A DNA stretch of 63,997 nucleotides, filler included, from Jimgerdemannia flammicorona (taxonomy: Eukaryota), in the NCBI GenBank assembly GCA_003990765.1. It is 3 parts of 3 records of this genome, joined end to end, with 100 filler letters (N's around TTAATTAATTAA, not from the genome) between each part and the next. Parts side by side here need not be neighbours in the genome. Positions count along the whole stretch, not along the records: positions 21,388 to 42,668 come from RBNJ01001487.1; 2 more parts are not named here. One strand, given 5' to 3'. The translations under genes were made by a program, and so were the position numbers. The notes under the pieces are model-generated. The model saw only the letters and a list, made by a program, of their open reading frames with translations, was not told the origin of the DNA and did not search any database. Shown here one piece after another: positions 25,326 through 38,807 of this stretch (the first letter of the stretch is position 1; each line of letters starts with the position of its first letter).

Positions 25326-28139
25326 TTTGGGGCTTATCTGAGAAAATCTCAAAATAAATGTAAATTTTCAGCTCACAAGAACTCATAGTCAAACTGGATA
25401 TATTTGATACAATACTAATCTCTGCCACTATAGGAAATCTAATTATCACTAGCATTTGGACAGGAAGAGAAGTAATCACCTCAACATTTACCAACTATGC
25501 AGTATCAGAATGATCTCAACCAGAAGTCATTATAGTATAGAATCCCCAACCAGATAATACAGATGGCCCTATTGAAAACTTTGAAGAACTTACATAAGAA
25601 CTAGAAGATCTCATTACACAAGTCTGGTATCCAGCAGCTAGATACCCCAGAGAGGTCCCACCAATCTCACCTATTGAATCTTTATCAGCAGCTCTTGCAG
25701 GATTAGAAAAAGCTCCTTCACGAATACCTAGGCTCATTTCACTTGATCTGAGGTCCATAACACTATTCTCAAGATACCCAAGTATCTCTATCTCCAGTAA
25801 AAGTTCTGAAAGTGAATCAGAGTCAGAATTGGAATTAGAATTCAGACCAGAACTACAATTAGAAGAAAGTGACGATAAAATTACCACCATATTACCAACC
25901 TATACAGAATATTCAGAGGAAGATCCTAGAGAATTCCTTGATAGAATTGAGAGAATTACAGCCTTGAGAAACCTCTCAGATAAAAGAAAAATTATCATCT
26001 ACAAGGCCCAGTTCAGAGAACCAGCTAGAGGAATTTTCCACTAAGCAGTAAATAATCCACATTCTGACCTTTTAGTAGAAATATAGGTAGTAGTATTATA
26101 CCAGCTGGAATATATATCCATGGTCTACTGGGTTATCAAAAAATATGCAGAAAATGAAATCTGCCACAAGGCTTAAGAATCTATTATGGGAATGAAGATG
26201 AACTTTTAAGAATCCAGAAGAGAAGGTATATAGCAGAATTCAGTGCTACCAATTATATCATCATAGGTCCAATGACCTTTATAAATGAAATTTCTCCAAA
26301 CATTGCCCAGTATATCTATACCTTAGGTATCAGAAGGTCCAAAGAGCAAGTAGATGCAGTTTAAGAATATTGTGATATCAGTCAAAGAGCTACCTGGAGT
26401 AAGTATGATAAGAAAGATAATAAAGAAAACATCTTGGTCAAAGCCCTGTAAGGACTCCTCTAAGGATAGGAGAGATTAGAAGAAAGAAGGCCAGCCAAGG
26501 AAGAAAAGAAGGACAGGAGTGAAATTCAAGACCTTAGTTCCAAATTGGACTAATTGGTTGGATAGATTGAAAAACTCACTATATGTAAAAATCAGAGTTA
26601 TCAAGACAACAGAGGATACCCACCATAGAGGAGCCAAGGTTATCTACCCAGAGATAATAGGAACTACTAGCAAGAAGAAAGAAGATATTCTATCTGAGAT
26701 AGATCCCAAGTCCAATACTTCTATAGACACTATGCTACTGAATGTAACAATAAAAAAAGTGACCAAAGAGACTCAGAACTATCAAACTGAAGGAATGACA
26801 CCCAGTATAAGAGGACTGAAGCTCACCCTGTTGAAGATTTTGAAGAAGAAAGCAATAGTAAAGACTACAGTGACCTAGATTTGTACTCAGTGAAAGTCAC
26901 CACTAGAAAGACAGTCTATCCAGCAGAGAAAAGGAAGAGACCTGTAAGAAGGCCATCCAGAAAAATCAGCAGAAGAATCCAAGAGGAGGACAAAGAAGAT
27001 GAAGAGGAGTAAATAGAAATACCTCCTTGGTCTCTCTTATCTTTTGTCCACAAGACAATTGAGTTGTCTCTAGAGAATGAAGAAATAGAACCAGAAGAAT
27101 GAGAACCTACTGCTCTAAAGCCCAAGAAGAAGTACACTCTGAAGACTATACTCAGAGATATTTATAATAAAGTCTGGCAAAAGATTCAAGATGCCAAGAT
27201 AGAAGTTTTCCTCCTACAGTTCCTGTAACTAATACTAGCTGGAGTTTGGAATAAATTACTAAGGACTACCAGGTCTAGTATTGGACAAGTTCCAATCCCA
27301 CAGTAAGAGTCAGCTCCCATCCTTATCCAAGCTGCAGAAAGACATATTAGCACCTACTTACATAGAGATATTGGAGGACAAAAGGCAAAAATCCTCATAG
27401 ATACAAGAGCAGCTATCTATATCATTACTAAACAATTGCTGAATACCCTCCAATAGCTCATTGATAGACCATCCAACCTCAGCATTATAGTAGCAGATGG
27501 AGCCCAAACCCAATCCCTTGGAGATATATGAAACATCACTATCTCTCTAAGATACATTCAGTTCTCCAATCTCAAAGCTATTGTTACTAAAGCTATCACC
27601 TATGATATGATTCTTAGCACCAGCTTGATGAAGGAAATGAATGCAGTTATTGATATCAGTAAACAAGTACTTAAGTTTAACTACTGAGGCAAGAAGTATA
27701 GAGTAAAGATAACCAGTTATAAGCAATAAAAGAAGACAAAGAAGGTCACTATCTAGAAAGAATATATCAGTAGTGAAGAATCTACCATAGAGGAGAAAGA
27801 AGAATCTGAAGATGGAAATGGTCCCAGGCTCAATCCCCAAATCAATCTGGTGAATAATAGGCTAGAAGACATTATATAGAACAAGAACACTGTCCCCATC
27901 ACTATTAGAGCTATTGCAGGAGAAATCAAAGAATATCTCATCTATCTCAAGAGACACAAGTGCTCTGAGCACTCCTCCAAGATAATTGGGACAAGGAATT
28001 TACATGGCACAGCCTTTGCTGAGTTTAGAAGGAAGAAGAAGAAATATAGATATATTTCAGAAATACCTGTAGTGAAAGGTGTAAAAGTACAAGTAATTTG
28101 AAATCAAAAATCATCTGAAGAGGAAAAAAGCTCTGAACA

Positions 28140-30214
28140 TATAAGAGGGTTGCTTTTTAGGATAACTGTTACATAGTTCTGGAAGGGTTTTCTAGAAGTT
28201 CTGGATATTCTGGAAGACCGTTTTCTTATGGTCAAGATCAATTTCATATGGAGTATGTCCTCTATACTTATTGATTTCAAGATTGGGTTGATGTCTCAAC
28301 CAAAGTCCTTTTTCGGACTAGTTCTGGATGTTCAGGATTTTCCGTATTTCAGGAAGTTCCAGAAACTAAGACCAGCTTAGTTGAATTGGCATATCGCTGT
28401 AGACAATACCCAATTCGGAAATTTTATGAGGGAGTTAGGAGTAGGACCTAACAGAGAGCAGATTTACTTAAGAGTGGTTTGTGGATTATGGAATAGGTTT
28501 ATTTGCTATTCATGATATTGCTATACTAGGAGTAGTTGTGTGAAGGGATATTGTGGGAAAGTATTCAGGAATGTTCTTATGTGTTCGAGTCTGTTCAAGT
28601 CTGAGATTCTGAGGTCTGAGGGAGGGGGTATTTATACTAGTGAGGGGCTATCTGGACTATGCTAAATATGGATGTAGCACTAAGATGCCTCGCTGAGTTG
28701 GAATGCAGTCATGTAGTATAAGGGTGATCTGACATATCAAGAGATCATCTGACTGCTGAGTCAGTTCGCAGTCATATCATACAAGGCTAATCTAACTATA
28801 CTATGACTGCTAGACTATTTATGGATTTAGGCACTATCTGGGTAGTCCTCAATGACATCACTATCGATTGCATCATCTCTGATGAAGTAGTCATCTAGAA
28901 AAAGTGGTTCACGGATTACTTCTCCTTATTCACTGAGGTAGTAATACATTGAGACTTCATCTCTGTCCCACAGGATAGCGTCGTCTGTCTCGTAGGCTGG
29001 ATAAGGTGTTGGTGGGCGAAGGATAGGTGTGTTGTCTTCACTTTCATTGTATTTACTGTCTGTATATCTTCTATAAGTTATGGCACTATGAGTTGCAGGG
29101 TTATAGTATGCTGGTGGCTGTGATTCGTGTCGCTCGTACTTGGGTGGTGGAGTGGTTGGTTCGATCTCGAGGGTTGTCTGGAGATACAGGTTGTGTTCTC
29201 TGGTCTCTTCATTGTAGTTGAAGTAATCGGGGGTGAAGGCAGGTTGGTATTCATGCCAGTGGTCATTGTCCCAATAAGTCTCGTATGTAATTATGAACTG
29301 TTGTAAGTTCATTGACAAGGTTGGCAGAGTGATCAGGGTTGGCAGAGATCCTTGGCTGGAGGTCATATCGGTGTCAGAGGGGTCATTGTCTTCTGCTTCA
29401 TCTTCATTGAAGTGGATTATATCATAGATATCCTTCATGGCATATCCAACTTGAGGCATTTGCAGGATATGGTCATTGGTGTGTAGGAAGGTTCTGTCTG
29501 TGGTTTCAACATACTCAAGGTACTTGTGGTTGAGTTCTTATATCATGTCGTCAATTTGGCCATAGGACAGGGTAGCAACCATTTCACTGGTAGTAACTCG
29601 GAGGCGAGGAATAAAGGTACTATACTCGAAGAAGAGTTCTCAATGTTTGCGAGCAATGAGCTTCTGGTGTTGAGACATCTGGGTAATGTCTGTGTCATGG
29701 TGGTGTTCAACCATGTCTTTCAGGAGGCGGCCGTTCTGGTAGTAGCTTGAGATTTGTCCGATTCGGTGGGCCTCACTAATCATGTTCAGAGCATTCCATC
29801 GGGCTTCCATGAAGTAGAGGGGTGCCAGGCCATGGATATTCATGAGAGGCAGGGGGGGTGTGGCTCGGTTGACAATGGCATTCCAAATGTCAGCGCGGAT
29901 TTGGTTGTAGATCTCAGTGGTCATGTTTGTATGTTTTGGAAGTTTGTGGTTATTGTTTATTTTGGTTCTCTATTTCAATGTGTCTCAGTGCTCGGTATAT
30001 ATATATTTGATCCTGATTGGTAAGATTCCATTTGTATAGATCTTGTGTTCTGTGACTTCATATTAACTCAGCTTTGTGCACTGTGACTTTGGTTTGACTC
30101 AGCTTTGTGATCAAGCAGGTGATTTCCAAATTTGTTTGGAGGTCATGTGATATTTCAGTGGCTTGTTCAGAGGGTGACGTGTAATTTCAGTGGCTTGAAG
30201 GTTGTGTGCTTACA
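28140..30214 (-). repeat. 3' LTR of element B (2075 bp)
   Basis: Direct repeat of 36736-38807; terminal TG mutated to TA. Confidence 0.95.
28827..29924 (-). pseudogene. LTR-encoded ORF (365 aa), unknown function, acidic/Pro-rich C-terminus with PPxY motifs
   Basis: ORFs 29640-29924 and 28926-29459 share one frame and are separated only by TGA/TAA stops explicable as CGA/CAA. Contains PPPKY and PPAYY. Confidence 0.8.
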
Positions 30215-30669
30215 ACTCTCCCCTTTTTAGCTTTCAACATCCTCATTGGGGCCTTCTAATTTTGTTCAGTATTGTTACACCATTTGGGAGGTCAAAAGTC
30301 TGGTAAGGTCCATTTTTCTCAGAAAGTGGCATGCTCGTAGTACAGTTGTCTAACGCATTGGATTCATATGTTAAAGGGTCATGTGTTCAATGCCATACGC
30401 TGGAAGTGATTCTGACATCATTCACTGCTGGAGAATTTCCTCTAAGGAATCTTCTTAAATGTCTATGCCTTGTTTCCCACCAGTGGTACAGAGAGAATAG
30501 GCTTGCTTTCAGTTTTGCTATTTTTTCAAGGGATTTGGTGTTCTTGTCTTATTTTGCTGAGTTCTTGGTTTGGTTCACAATAATTATAATGTTTGGGAGG
30601 ATAATATATAGTATATGTTGGTAGGTGCAGAGAATTTTGGTTCTAGTTATTCAAGGAATCATATTCCTG

Positions 30670-30815
30670 AACTAGGTCAGTAGCATTATGAAGATTGGTC
30701 TTGGGTTCCCAGGTTGCATCATGGATTGGGTAACCTTTCCATTTGCAAAGATACTCAGGGTGGCTCTTGTTGCCACGTTTGTTGAGAATTTGTTCAACTT
30801 TGTACTCTTCTTGAT
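30670..30815 (-). pseudogene. Integrase C-terminal chromodomain of element B
   Basis: [11 protein letters not shown]....[22 protein letters not shown]. Confidence 0.9.
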
Positions 30816-33800
30816 TATTAATAATGACAGGTGCAGGTGGTTTGGTGGTTTGGTTTGGAAATAACTCATCATCATTCTCATTGTATCACTTGAGATGTTG
30901 AATATTAAAGACTGGGTAAATCTTAATGGTGTCTGGTAGCGCCAGTTTGTAGGAGGTTGGAGAGACTTGTGCGATGACTTCAAATGGTCCAATGAACTTG
31001 CTGTTCAGCTTAGTAGATGGTCTGTGCTTGAGGTTGTCAACTCGATATCCTCTGATGTCCAGTAGAACTTTTTCTCCAATATCAAAGGTTTCTTCTCAGT
31101 GGTGTTGATTAACATACTGTGATTGTTGTTCTTGAGCTTGTGATAAATTCTTGATTGCGATCTGGCTTAGATTATGCATTCGGAGTAAGAATTCTTCAAC
31201 AGCTTCGACTGTGGAGAGTTCTTCAGTAGTTCGGATGAGTGTCAAAGGGGTGTTTGGGTTTTGTTCAGTGTTGGTGAAGAATGGGGTCATTCCAAGAGAG
31301 GCTTGCTTGCTATTGTTATAGGTAAACTCAACTGCAGTGAGGTGTTCATACCAATCATCTTGTCTGTAGGAAACATAGTTCCTTAGCATTTGTTCCAGAG
31401 TTCGGTTCATTCTTTCAGTTTGGCCATCAGTTTCTGGGTAAAAGGCTGTAGATAGTGCAAGTTTTGTTCCAAGGTGTGCATGAAGGGCTTTCCAAAAGTG
31501 GCTGGTGAATTTCAGATCTCGCTCACTAACAATGATCTTAGGAAGACCATGATAGTGGAAGATGTTGTCAAACAAGAGTTTGGCTATGTCTGGTGCTGTT
31601 GCAGTAGTGGTAGTAGGCACAAAGTAGGCTTGTTTGCTGAGATAGTCTACAAAGACAACAATTGCATCTTTCCCATTCTTGGTTCAGGGTAGTTGTACAA
31701 TGAAGTCCATGGAGATTTGTTCCCAATTTGTGGATGGTACTGGGATAGGGTGGAGTAAGCTGGGTTTTGCTAGTGTTGAGGACATGTTTCATTTGGCAGG
31801 CATCACAGAAAGTGATGTAGGTTTTGAGCTGATCTGCCATACGGGGCCAATAGAAGTTCTAAGAGATAACTTTATAGCATTTGTCAAATCCTAAATGTCC
31901 CACTGTAGGGGCATCATGATATTCGAATAGGATAGTCCTTCGGAGGTCTCGGTTGTTTGGGACATACAGTCTGTCCTTGTAGTAGATAGCATTGTCCTTG
32001 AGTTGATATTGATTGTACCGGGTATGCTTGTCAGCATCATCATTGTTCAGAATTTCTCAGAGTGCTTGAGCTTTCTTATCATTAGTATATGCTGTGATAA
32101 TTTGTTCCATGCTGGAGTTTGTAACCAAGGTGAGAGTTTGGATAACCTCTTCAATTGGTGGTCTTGAGATTGCATTGGCAACAATATTTTCCTTGCCAGG
32201 ACAGTACTGGATTTCGTAGTCAAAGTTGGTGAGAACTTTCATCCATCTGGCTTGCTTTTGGGAAAGGGTAGCCTGGGTCTTGATGTTGACTAATGACTTG
32301 TGGTCGGTCAATACAGTGAAGTGTGCTCCTTCTAGATATGGTCACCATTTGATCAGAGTGTCTATGATGGCTAGCATTTCCTTCTCGTGAGTTGCATAGT
32401 TGATTTCGGCATCATTGAACTTGTGGGAGTGATAGGCCACAGGGTGTCCTTCTTGCATGAGTACTGCTCCAAGGGCTAGATCAGAGGCATCAGTAGTGAC
32501 TTCATATGGCAGGGCAGGGTTTGCTGCTTGAAGTACTGGAGTAGTTATCAGGACATCTTTCAGTGCTTGAAAGGCAGTATCTTGTTTGGGTCCCCATGTT
32601 ACAAGATTGTTGAAGTCTTTCTCTTATTTCATGGTCCAGGGTTGTTCTTGTTTCTTGTTGTACTTGGTCATTTGAGTGAGGGCAGTAGTGATTTTCGCAA
32701 AGTTGGCAACAAATCGCCTATAATAGTTTGCTAGTCCCAGAAATGACTGGAGGTCTTTCAGCTTCTTCGGTCTGGGCCAATATTTGATTGCAGAGATTTT
32801 GCTGGGGTCAACTTTGATTCCATTTGGAGTGACAATGTGTCCAAGGAATTGAATTTCTTTCAGAAGAAATTTGCAATTTGCTGAGTTTTGCAAAGAGTCA
32901 GTTTTCTCGGAGTTTCAGTAGTACTAGTTCAAGGTGTTCAAGATGTTCTTCCAGGGTTTTGCTGAAGACTAGGATGTCGTCAATGTAGATAACAATGAAT
33001 TTGTCCAGGTATGGATGCAGAATGGTATTCATCAGTGTCTGGAAAGTTGCTGGAGCATTAGTTAAGCCAAAGGGCATAACTAGGAACTCGAAGTGTCCAT
33101 AGCGAGTTTGGAAGGCTGTCTTGTAGATGTCTTCTTCTTTCATGGCAATTTGCCAGTAACCATTTTGCAGATCAAAAGAGCTCATGAATTGTGGGTTGGT
33201 GAGCCTATCGAATATTTCATCAATTCTAGGTAGTGGGTAACAGTTCTTGATGGTCTGTTCATTGAGATCACGGTAGTCAATACACATTTGCAGGTCTCCT
33301 CCTTTCTTAACAAAGAGGATGGGTACACCATAGGGTGATACACTGGGTCTGATGAATCCTTGTTCTAGGAGTTTGTCGATTTCCTTCTTGAGTGCATCAA
33401 TTTCTCTCGGAGACATGTGGTAGATTGACTTGAAGGCTGGTTTGGTATCTGGGATGGTCTTGATGGTATAGTCTACTGCTCGCTTAGGAGATAGGCCTTT
33501 CTGAAGCTTCTTTGGGAATATGTCTCGAAATTTCTGAAGTAGTGGTCTGACATGGCTGTCAACTTTGGAAAGATCTTCTTCAGAGTTCTCAGGTTCTCCT
33601 TTGGATGAGTGGATGGAGATGGTGAAGAGAGGGCATTTCTTGGCCAATTTCTTAAGTTGTAGCTTGTTGATGTGAGTGATCTTTGGTCCAGGGTCACTAG
33701 TGTTGAGTGAGTCCTTTTCGCCTTATAGTTTGAAGTTGTGGCATCCTTTCTTGATGCTCAGAGAATGGTTTACCCAATCAATCATGGGGTTCTCTTGTTT

Positions 33801-34304
33801 TAACTGTGGAGTCCCAAGGATGATTTCATTGTCAGGAAGTGGTACGATTTGGAGGGTAACATATACTTGATAGTCGCCAATTCAGAAGGGTAGATTGCAG
33901 ACTTCTTTGCTGATAACATGTGAGGTCCCATCGGCTGTAGCAACTACTTGAGTTTGCTATACTGGAGAGGTAAAGACCTTGAGTCTGTTGGCTGTCTCTT
34001 CATTGATGAAGTTGCCTGAGGCACTACTGTCTATTATAATCTTGATAGGTGCTCGATTGACAAAAGCTTTAAGTGTAAGCAGTTTGTCTGATCCAATGGT
34101 AGTAATTTCGGTTGTTTGAGCTTTCCTTCTGTTAGTTCTTCTTTGAGCCAGTTCATTGACACAAGAGAAGCAATCATCAATTATTTGGGAAGAGTACATT
34201 CCAATGCCATGGGGACATCAGCCACTTGGTATATATCCATCTTCGATCTTCTTGTAGAATTATTCTTCTTTGTTCATGGTAGGTTGGGCTGGCACCTTGT
34301 TGGA

Positions 34305-34715
34305 TGAGCCAAATCCTTTGGATCCTCGGATAGTGGGCAGTAGTTCAGGGACTTCCTTGACTATCAGGCTTGACTCGATTTTTTCAAATAGGATCTGGGT
34401 GATGCAGAAACCAATAGGGATCTTGAAGGGTGTCCAACTGTGGTTTCGGATGAGGATGATAATTTCGCCTGTATAATACTCATCAATGACTCCTCCTTCT
34501 ACTGAGAGTCCTTTCAGTGCTAGACTGCTTCGACAGCATATTCTTCCAATATGTCCTTCAGGAATTTGGATACTGATTTCTATATAGACTTGTTTGACTT
34601 CTCAGTTGGAAACTGTAGCTTCTTTGGCTGTATAAAGGTCATATCCAGCTGCTTTCTGACTTCCTTTGGTTGGGGCCTTAGCAGTTTGTCTTAACTTGAC
34701 AAAGTCTAGTGTTCT
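34305..34715 (-). pseudogene. dUTPase domain of element B, between nucleocapsid and protease
   Basis: PTKGSQKAAGYDLY, RSSLALKG, GGVIDEYYTGEI, RGSKGFGSS. Confidence 0.92.
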
Positions 34716-36735
34716 GGTGGTCAGGTTATTGAGGTGGTACAGAGTGGTAATGGTTGCTTTTGTTGCTGTTCGGGGTTTTTGGTTAGGGCAGGCACTGGCC
34801 ATGTGTCCTGTCTTTCAGCAATAGAAACATGCTCCACTTCTTCGAAGTTCATTCCTTTCACCTTCAGTAAGTTTCTTGAAGGTACTGGGCTGGGTGGGTT
34901 CAGGATTTCTGGGTGTCCAAGAGGTGGATGTGGAGGGAGCTCGGGATGCTTTATGCTTGGGTTCTTCTTTCTTGGTCCAAGTCTTTTCCTTATTGTTAAA
35001 TTGTCTTTGGGGTAGAATTGGTCCAGCTGTTAGAATTTGCTTGACCATGGTCTTGATTCTTACCAGGCACCATTGTTGGTGATCACAACCAACTGGGCAG
35101 CCTTGTTCTCAGATTTTTCTAGTAAGCCATTCAGGCAGGGCATCGAATAAGTGGTCTGCTCTTGTACCATTTCGTGCTTCATCATTGGCAATGTATCCTA
35201 GACCAACAGTGTTCAGGAGTGACTCAAGTTTTGTACTGAAGGTTTCGAATTCTTCCTTGCTATGTACATCAAATTTGAGGTTGCGGAGTTTTACTCGAGA
35301 TTCAGCAATCATGGTTTCACCATGGTATTGAGCAATCATGAGTTGTTTGAGTCCAGGGGCTGCAGGATGGGCTCCATATCCTGGGGCATTGTTTGCTGCA
35401 TTCTGAGCAACTACTGCAGGTTGGGTATCCCATGTGAGGGGTTTTTCAGGAAGGGTTCACCACCATTCTTCAGCAGGTCCTCGGAAGAATATAACAACTC
35501 AGCGGACATAGGCTGTAGTGGTAGCAAAGAGTTGTTCCAGAGTGTGGTCTTGATTGTTTGTCAGAACGTGGTCAGCAACTTGCTCATTGGTCCATTGATT
35601 GGCTTCGAAGTTGGTGTCAACTATACTAATGAAGCTTTGGACTTCTTGTGCAGTACCATTGAAGGTAGGTAGGCTCAGATTTTTGGTAGGTCAGGTCTGT
35701 TCAGCTAAGGCAGTAATGGTTGCTGCCATTATGGCTACCTGGGCTGTGAGGTCTAGAATCTGTTGGTTCGCCATATTGTTTACTGGAGGCAGTTGGACTG
35801 TTGGTAATGGTGTTACTGGTACTACTTGAGGTACTGGTGCAGAATGTGATGGAGTTCTTTGGGTCTGTGAAAGTTGCTGGAGTAGTAGTTGTGGATCTGG
35901 AGTAAGAGCTTGATAGATAACTGTTTGTTGCTGTGTAGGTGTATTCTGTCCTGATGGAGGTACTTCTCCTTTGGTGGTATATCTGGGATCGAATTCAGTG
36001 AGATACTCCTCCTCTTCTTCGGTTTGATCCCCATGTAATTGGGTTTGCTCAGCGTCAAAGTAGATGGAATCAGTTGTATATCTGATTTCAGATGGACTTA
36101 ATTCAAAGTCAAGTTCAGGTTCGGTATTGGTTTCAGATTCAGGTAGGGCTGTAGCAGGGTCTGCTTCAGGTTTGGGGTCAGGTAGTTGATGAAGGGTTTC
36201 TCTTGCTTCTTCTTTAAGGATATGGTGGGCCTTGCTGTTCTGGAATCGGTAGTATAAGGCAGTCTTGGTCCTGGTATGGTGAAAGTTGGTAGAGTTGAGC
36301 CATTTGGCTACAGAGGCTTGGGCTTCATGAGGAACTAAGGCTAGAAAGACTGCTGCTGGTTGTCCTAGGTCGCTCGGATTTGTGGAGCTGACAAAACTCT
36401 TGTTGAGAAGAGTAAAGAAGGCTTCAATAAGACCTTCTTCATCTTGACTTGCTGAGTGTAGTGCAAGGAGTTCGGTGAATAGGGTTTTGCCTATTTGCTG
36501 GTTTAACTTGAGTACTTCTTTCTTTGAATGAAGTTTATCCCACTTGTTGCAGGTGTGGAGGTCAAATTGTCTTGTATGTTAGGTTCAATTCTCTTCAGAT
36601 TGTCAGATGGTTCAGGATAAATTCCAGTTCAGAGGTTGGGCTTTATACCAACTTGTAGGAATTCACAGAGGGGTTTGTAGTGGGGTGAGGAAGTGTCTTG
36701 AAGCGGAATTGGATTGTAAACTACTGCTACCAAGT

Positions 36736-38807
36736 TGTAAGAGGGTTGCTTTTTAGGGTAACTGTTACGTAGTTCTGGAAAGGTTTTCTGGAAGTTCTAG
36801 ATATTCTGGAAGACTGTTTTCTTATGGTCAAGATCAATTTCATATGGAGTATGTCCTCTACACTTATTGATTTCAAGATGGGTTGATGTCTCAACCAAAG
36901 TCCTTTTTCAGACTAGTTCTGGATGTTCAGGATTTTCCATATTTCAGGAAGTTCAAGAAACTAAGACCAGCTTAGTTGAATTGGCATATCGCTGCAGACA
37001 ATACCCAATTCGGAAATTTTGTGAGAGAGTTAGGAGTAGGACCTAACAGAGAGCAGATTTACTTAAGAGTGGTTTGTGGGTTATGGAATAGGTTTATTTG
37101 CTATTCGTGATATTGCTATACTAGGAGTAGTTGTGTGAAGAGATATTGTGTGGAAGTATTCAGGAATGTTCTTGTGTGTTCGAGTCTGTTCAAGTCTGAG
37201 ATTCTAAGGTCTGGGGGAGGGGGTATTTATACTAGTGAGGGGCTATCTGGACTATGCTAAATATGGATGTAGCACTAAGGTGCCTCGCTGAGTCAGAATG
37301 CAGTCACATAGTACAAGGGTGATCCGACATGTCAAGAGATTGTCTGACTGCTGAGTTAGTTCACAGTCACATTGTGCAAGGCTAATCTAACTATACTATG
37401 ACTGCTAGGCTATTTATGGATTTAGGCACTATCTGGGTAGTCCTCGATGACCTCACCATCGATTGCATCATCTCTGATGAAGTAGTCATCTAGAAAAAGT
37501 GGTTTGCAGATTACTTCTCCTTGTTCACTGAGGTAGTAATACATTGGGACTTTATCTCTGTCCTACAGAATAGCGTTGTCTGTCTCGTAGGCTGGATAAG
37601 GTGTTGGTGGGCAAAGGATAGGTGTGTTGTCTTCACTTTTATCAGATTCACTGTCTGCATATCTTCTATAGGTTATGGCACTATGAGTTGCAGGGTTATA
37701 GTATACTGGTGGCTGTGATTCATGTCGCTCGTACTCGGGTGGTGGAGTGGTTCGTTTGATCTCAAGAGTTGTCCGGAGGTACAGGTTGTGTTCTCTGGTC
37801 TCTTCATTGTAGTTGAAGTAATCGGGGGTGAAGGCGGGTTAGTATTTATATCAGTGGTCATTGTTCCAATAAGTCTCGGATGTAATTATGAACTGTTGTA
37901 AGTTCATTAGCAAGGTTGGCAGAGTGATCAGGGTTGGCAGAGATCCTTGGCTAGAGGTCATGTCGGTGTCAGAGGGGTTATTGTCTTCTGCTACATCTTC
38001 ATCGAAGTGGATTATATCGTAGATATCCTTTATGGCATATCCAACTTGAGACATTTGCAGGATATAGTCATTGGGGTGTGGGAAGGTTCTGTCTGTGGTT
38101 TCGACATACTCAAGGTACTTGTGGTTGAGTTCTTATATCATGTCATCGATTTGGCCATAGGACAGGGTAGCAACCATTTTGCTGGTAGTAACTCAGAGGT
38201 GGGGAATAAAGGTACTATACTCGTAGAAGAGTTCTCGATGTTTGCGAGCAATGAGCTTCTAGTATTGAGACATCTGGGTAATACCCGTGTCATGGTGGTG
38301 TTCAATCATGTCTTCCAGGAGGTGGCCGATCTGGTAGTAGCTTGAGATTTGTCCGATTCAGTGGGCCTCACTAATCATGTTCGGAGCATTCCATTGGGCT
38401 TCCATGAAGTAGAGGGGTGCCAGGCTATGGATATTCATGAGAGGCAGAGGGGGTGTAGCTCAGTTGACAATGGCATTCCAAATGTCAGTATGGATTCAGT
38501 TGTAGATCTTGGTGGTCATGTTTGTGAGTTTTAGACGTTTGTGGTTGTTGTTTGTTTTGGTTCTCTGTTTCAACATGTCTTGGTACTTGGTATATGTATT
38601 TGATCCTGATTGGTAAGATTCCATTTGTGTAGATCTTGTGTTCTGTGACTTCATATTGACTCAGCTTTATGCACTGTGACTTCAGTTTGACTCAGCTTCA
38701 TGATCAAGCAGGTGATTTCCAGATTTGTTCGGAGGTCATGTGATATTTCAGTGGCTTGTTCAGAGGGTGACATGTAATTTCAGTGACTTGAAGGTTGTGC
38801 ACTTACA
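36736..38807 (-). repeat. 5' LTR of element B (2072 bp)
   Basis: TGTAAGAGGG...CTTACA. Confidence 0.95.
37422..38519 (-). pseudogene. Second copy of the LTR-encoded ORF (5' LTR of element B)
   Basis: Same 1098-nt span, no indels; PPPEY and PPVYY. Confidence 0.8.

Larger units (their letters stand above)
30650..36580 (-). pseudogene. gag-dUTPase-protease-RT-RNaseH-integrase-chromodomain polyprotein of element B
   Basis: [81 protein letters not shown]. Gag through RT lie in one frame. Confidence 0.94.
28140..38807 (-). mobile_element. Complete chromovirus-type Ty3/Gypsy element B (10.7 kb) with coding LTRs
   Basis: LTRs 28140-30214 and 36736-38807. 5-bp TSD GAACA (28135-28139 and 38808-38812). 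PBS TGGTAGCAG (tRNA-iMet type), PPT GGGGAGAGT. Order gag-CCHC-dUTPase-PR-RT-RH-IN-chromodomain. Confidence 0.96.

Noticed and set aside
30215..30650. Possible extra ORF between chromodomain and PPT in element B
   Set aside because: No clear start; two frames are equally plausible after reverting stops.
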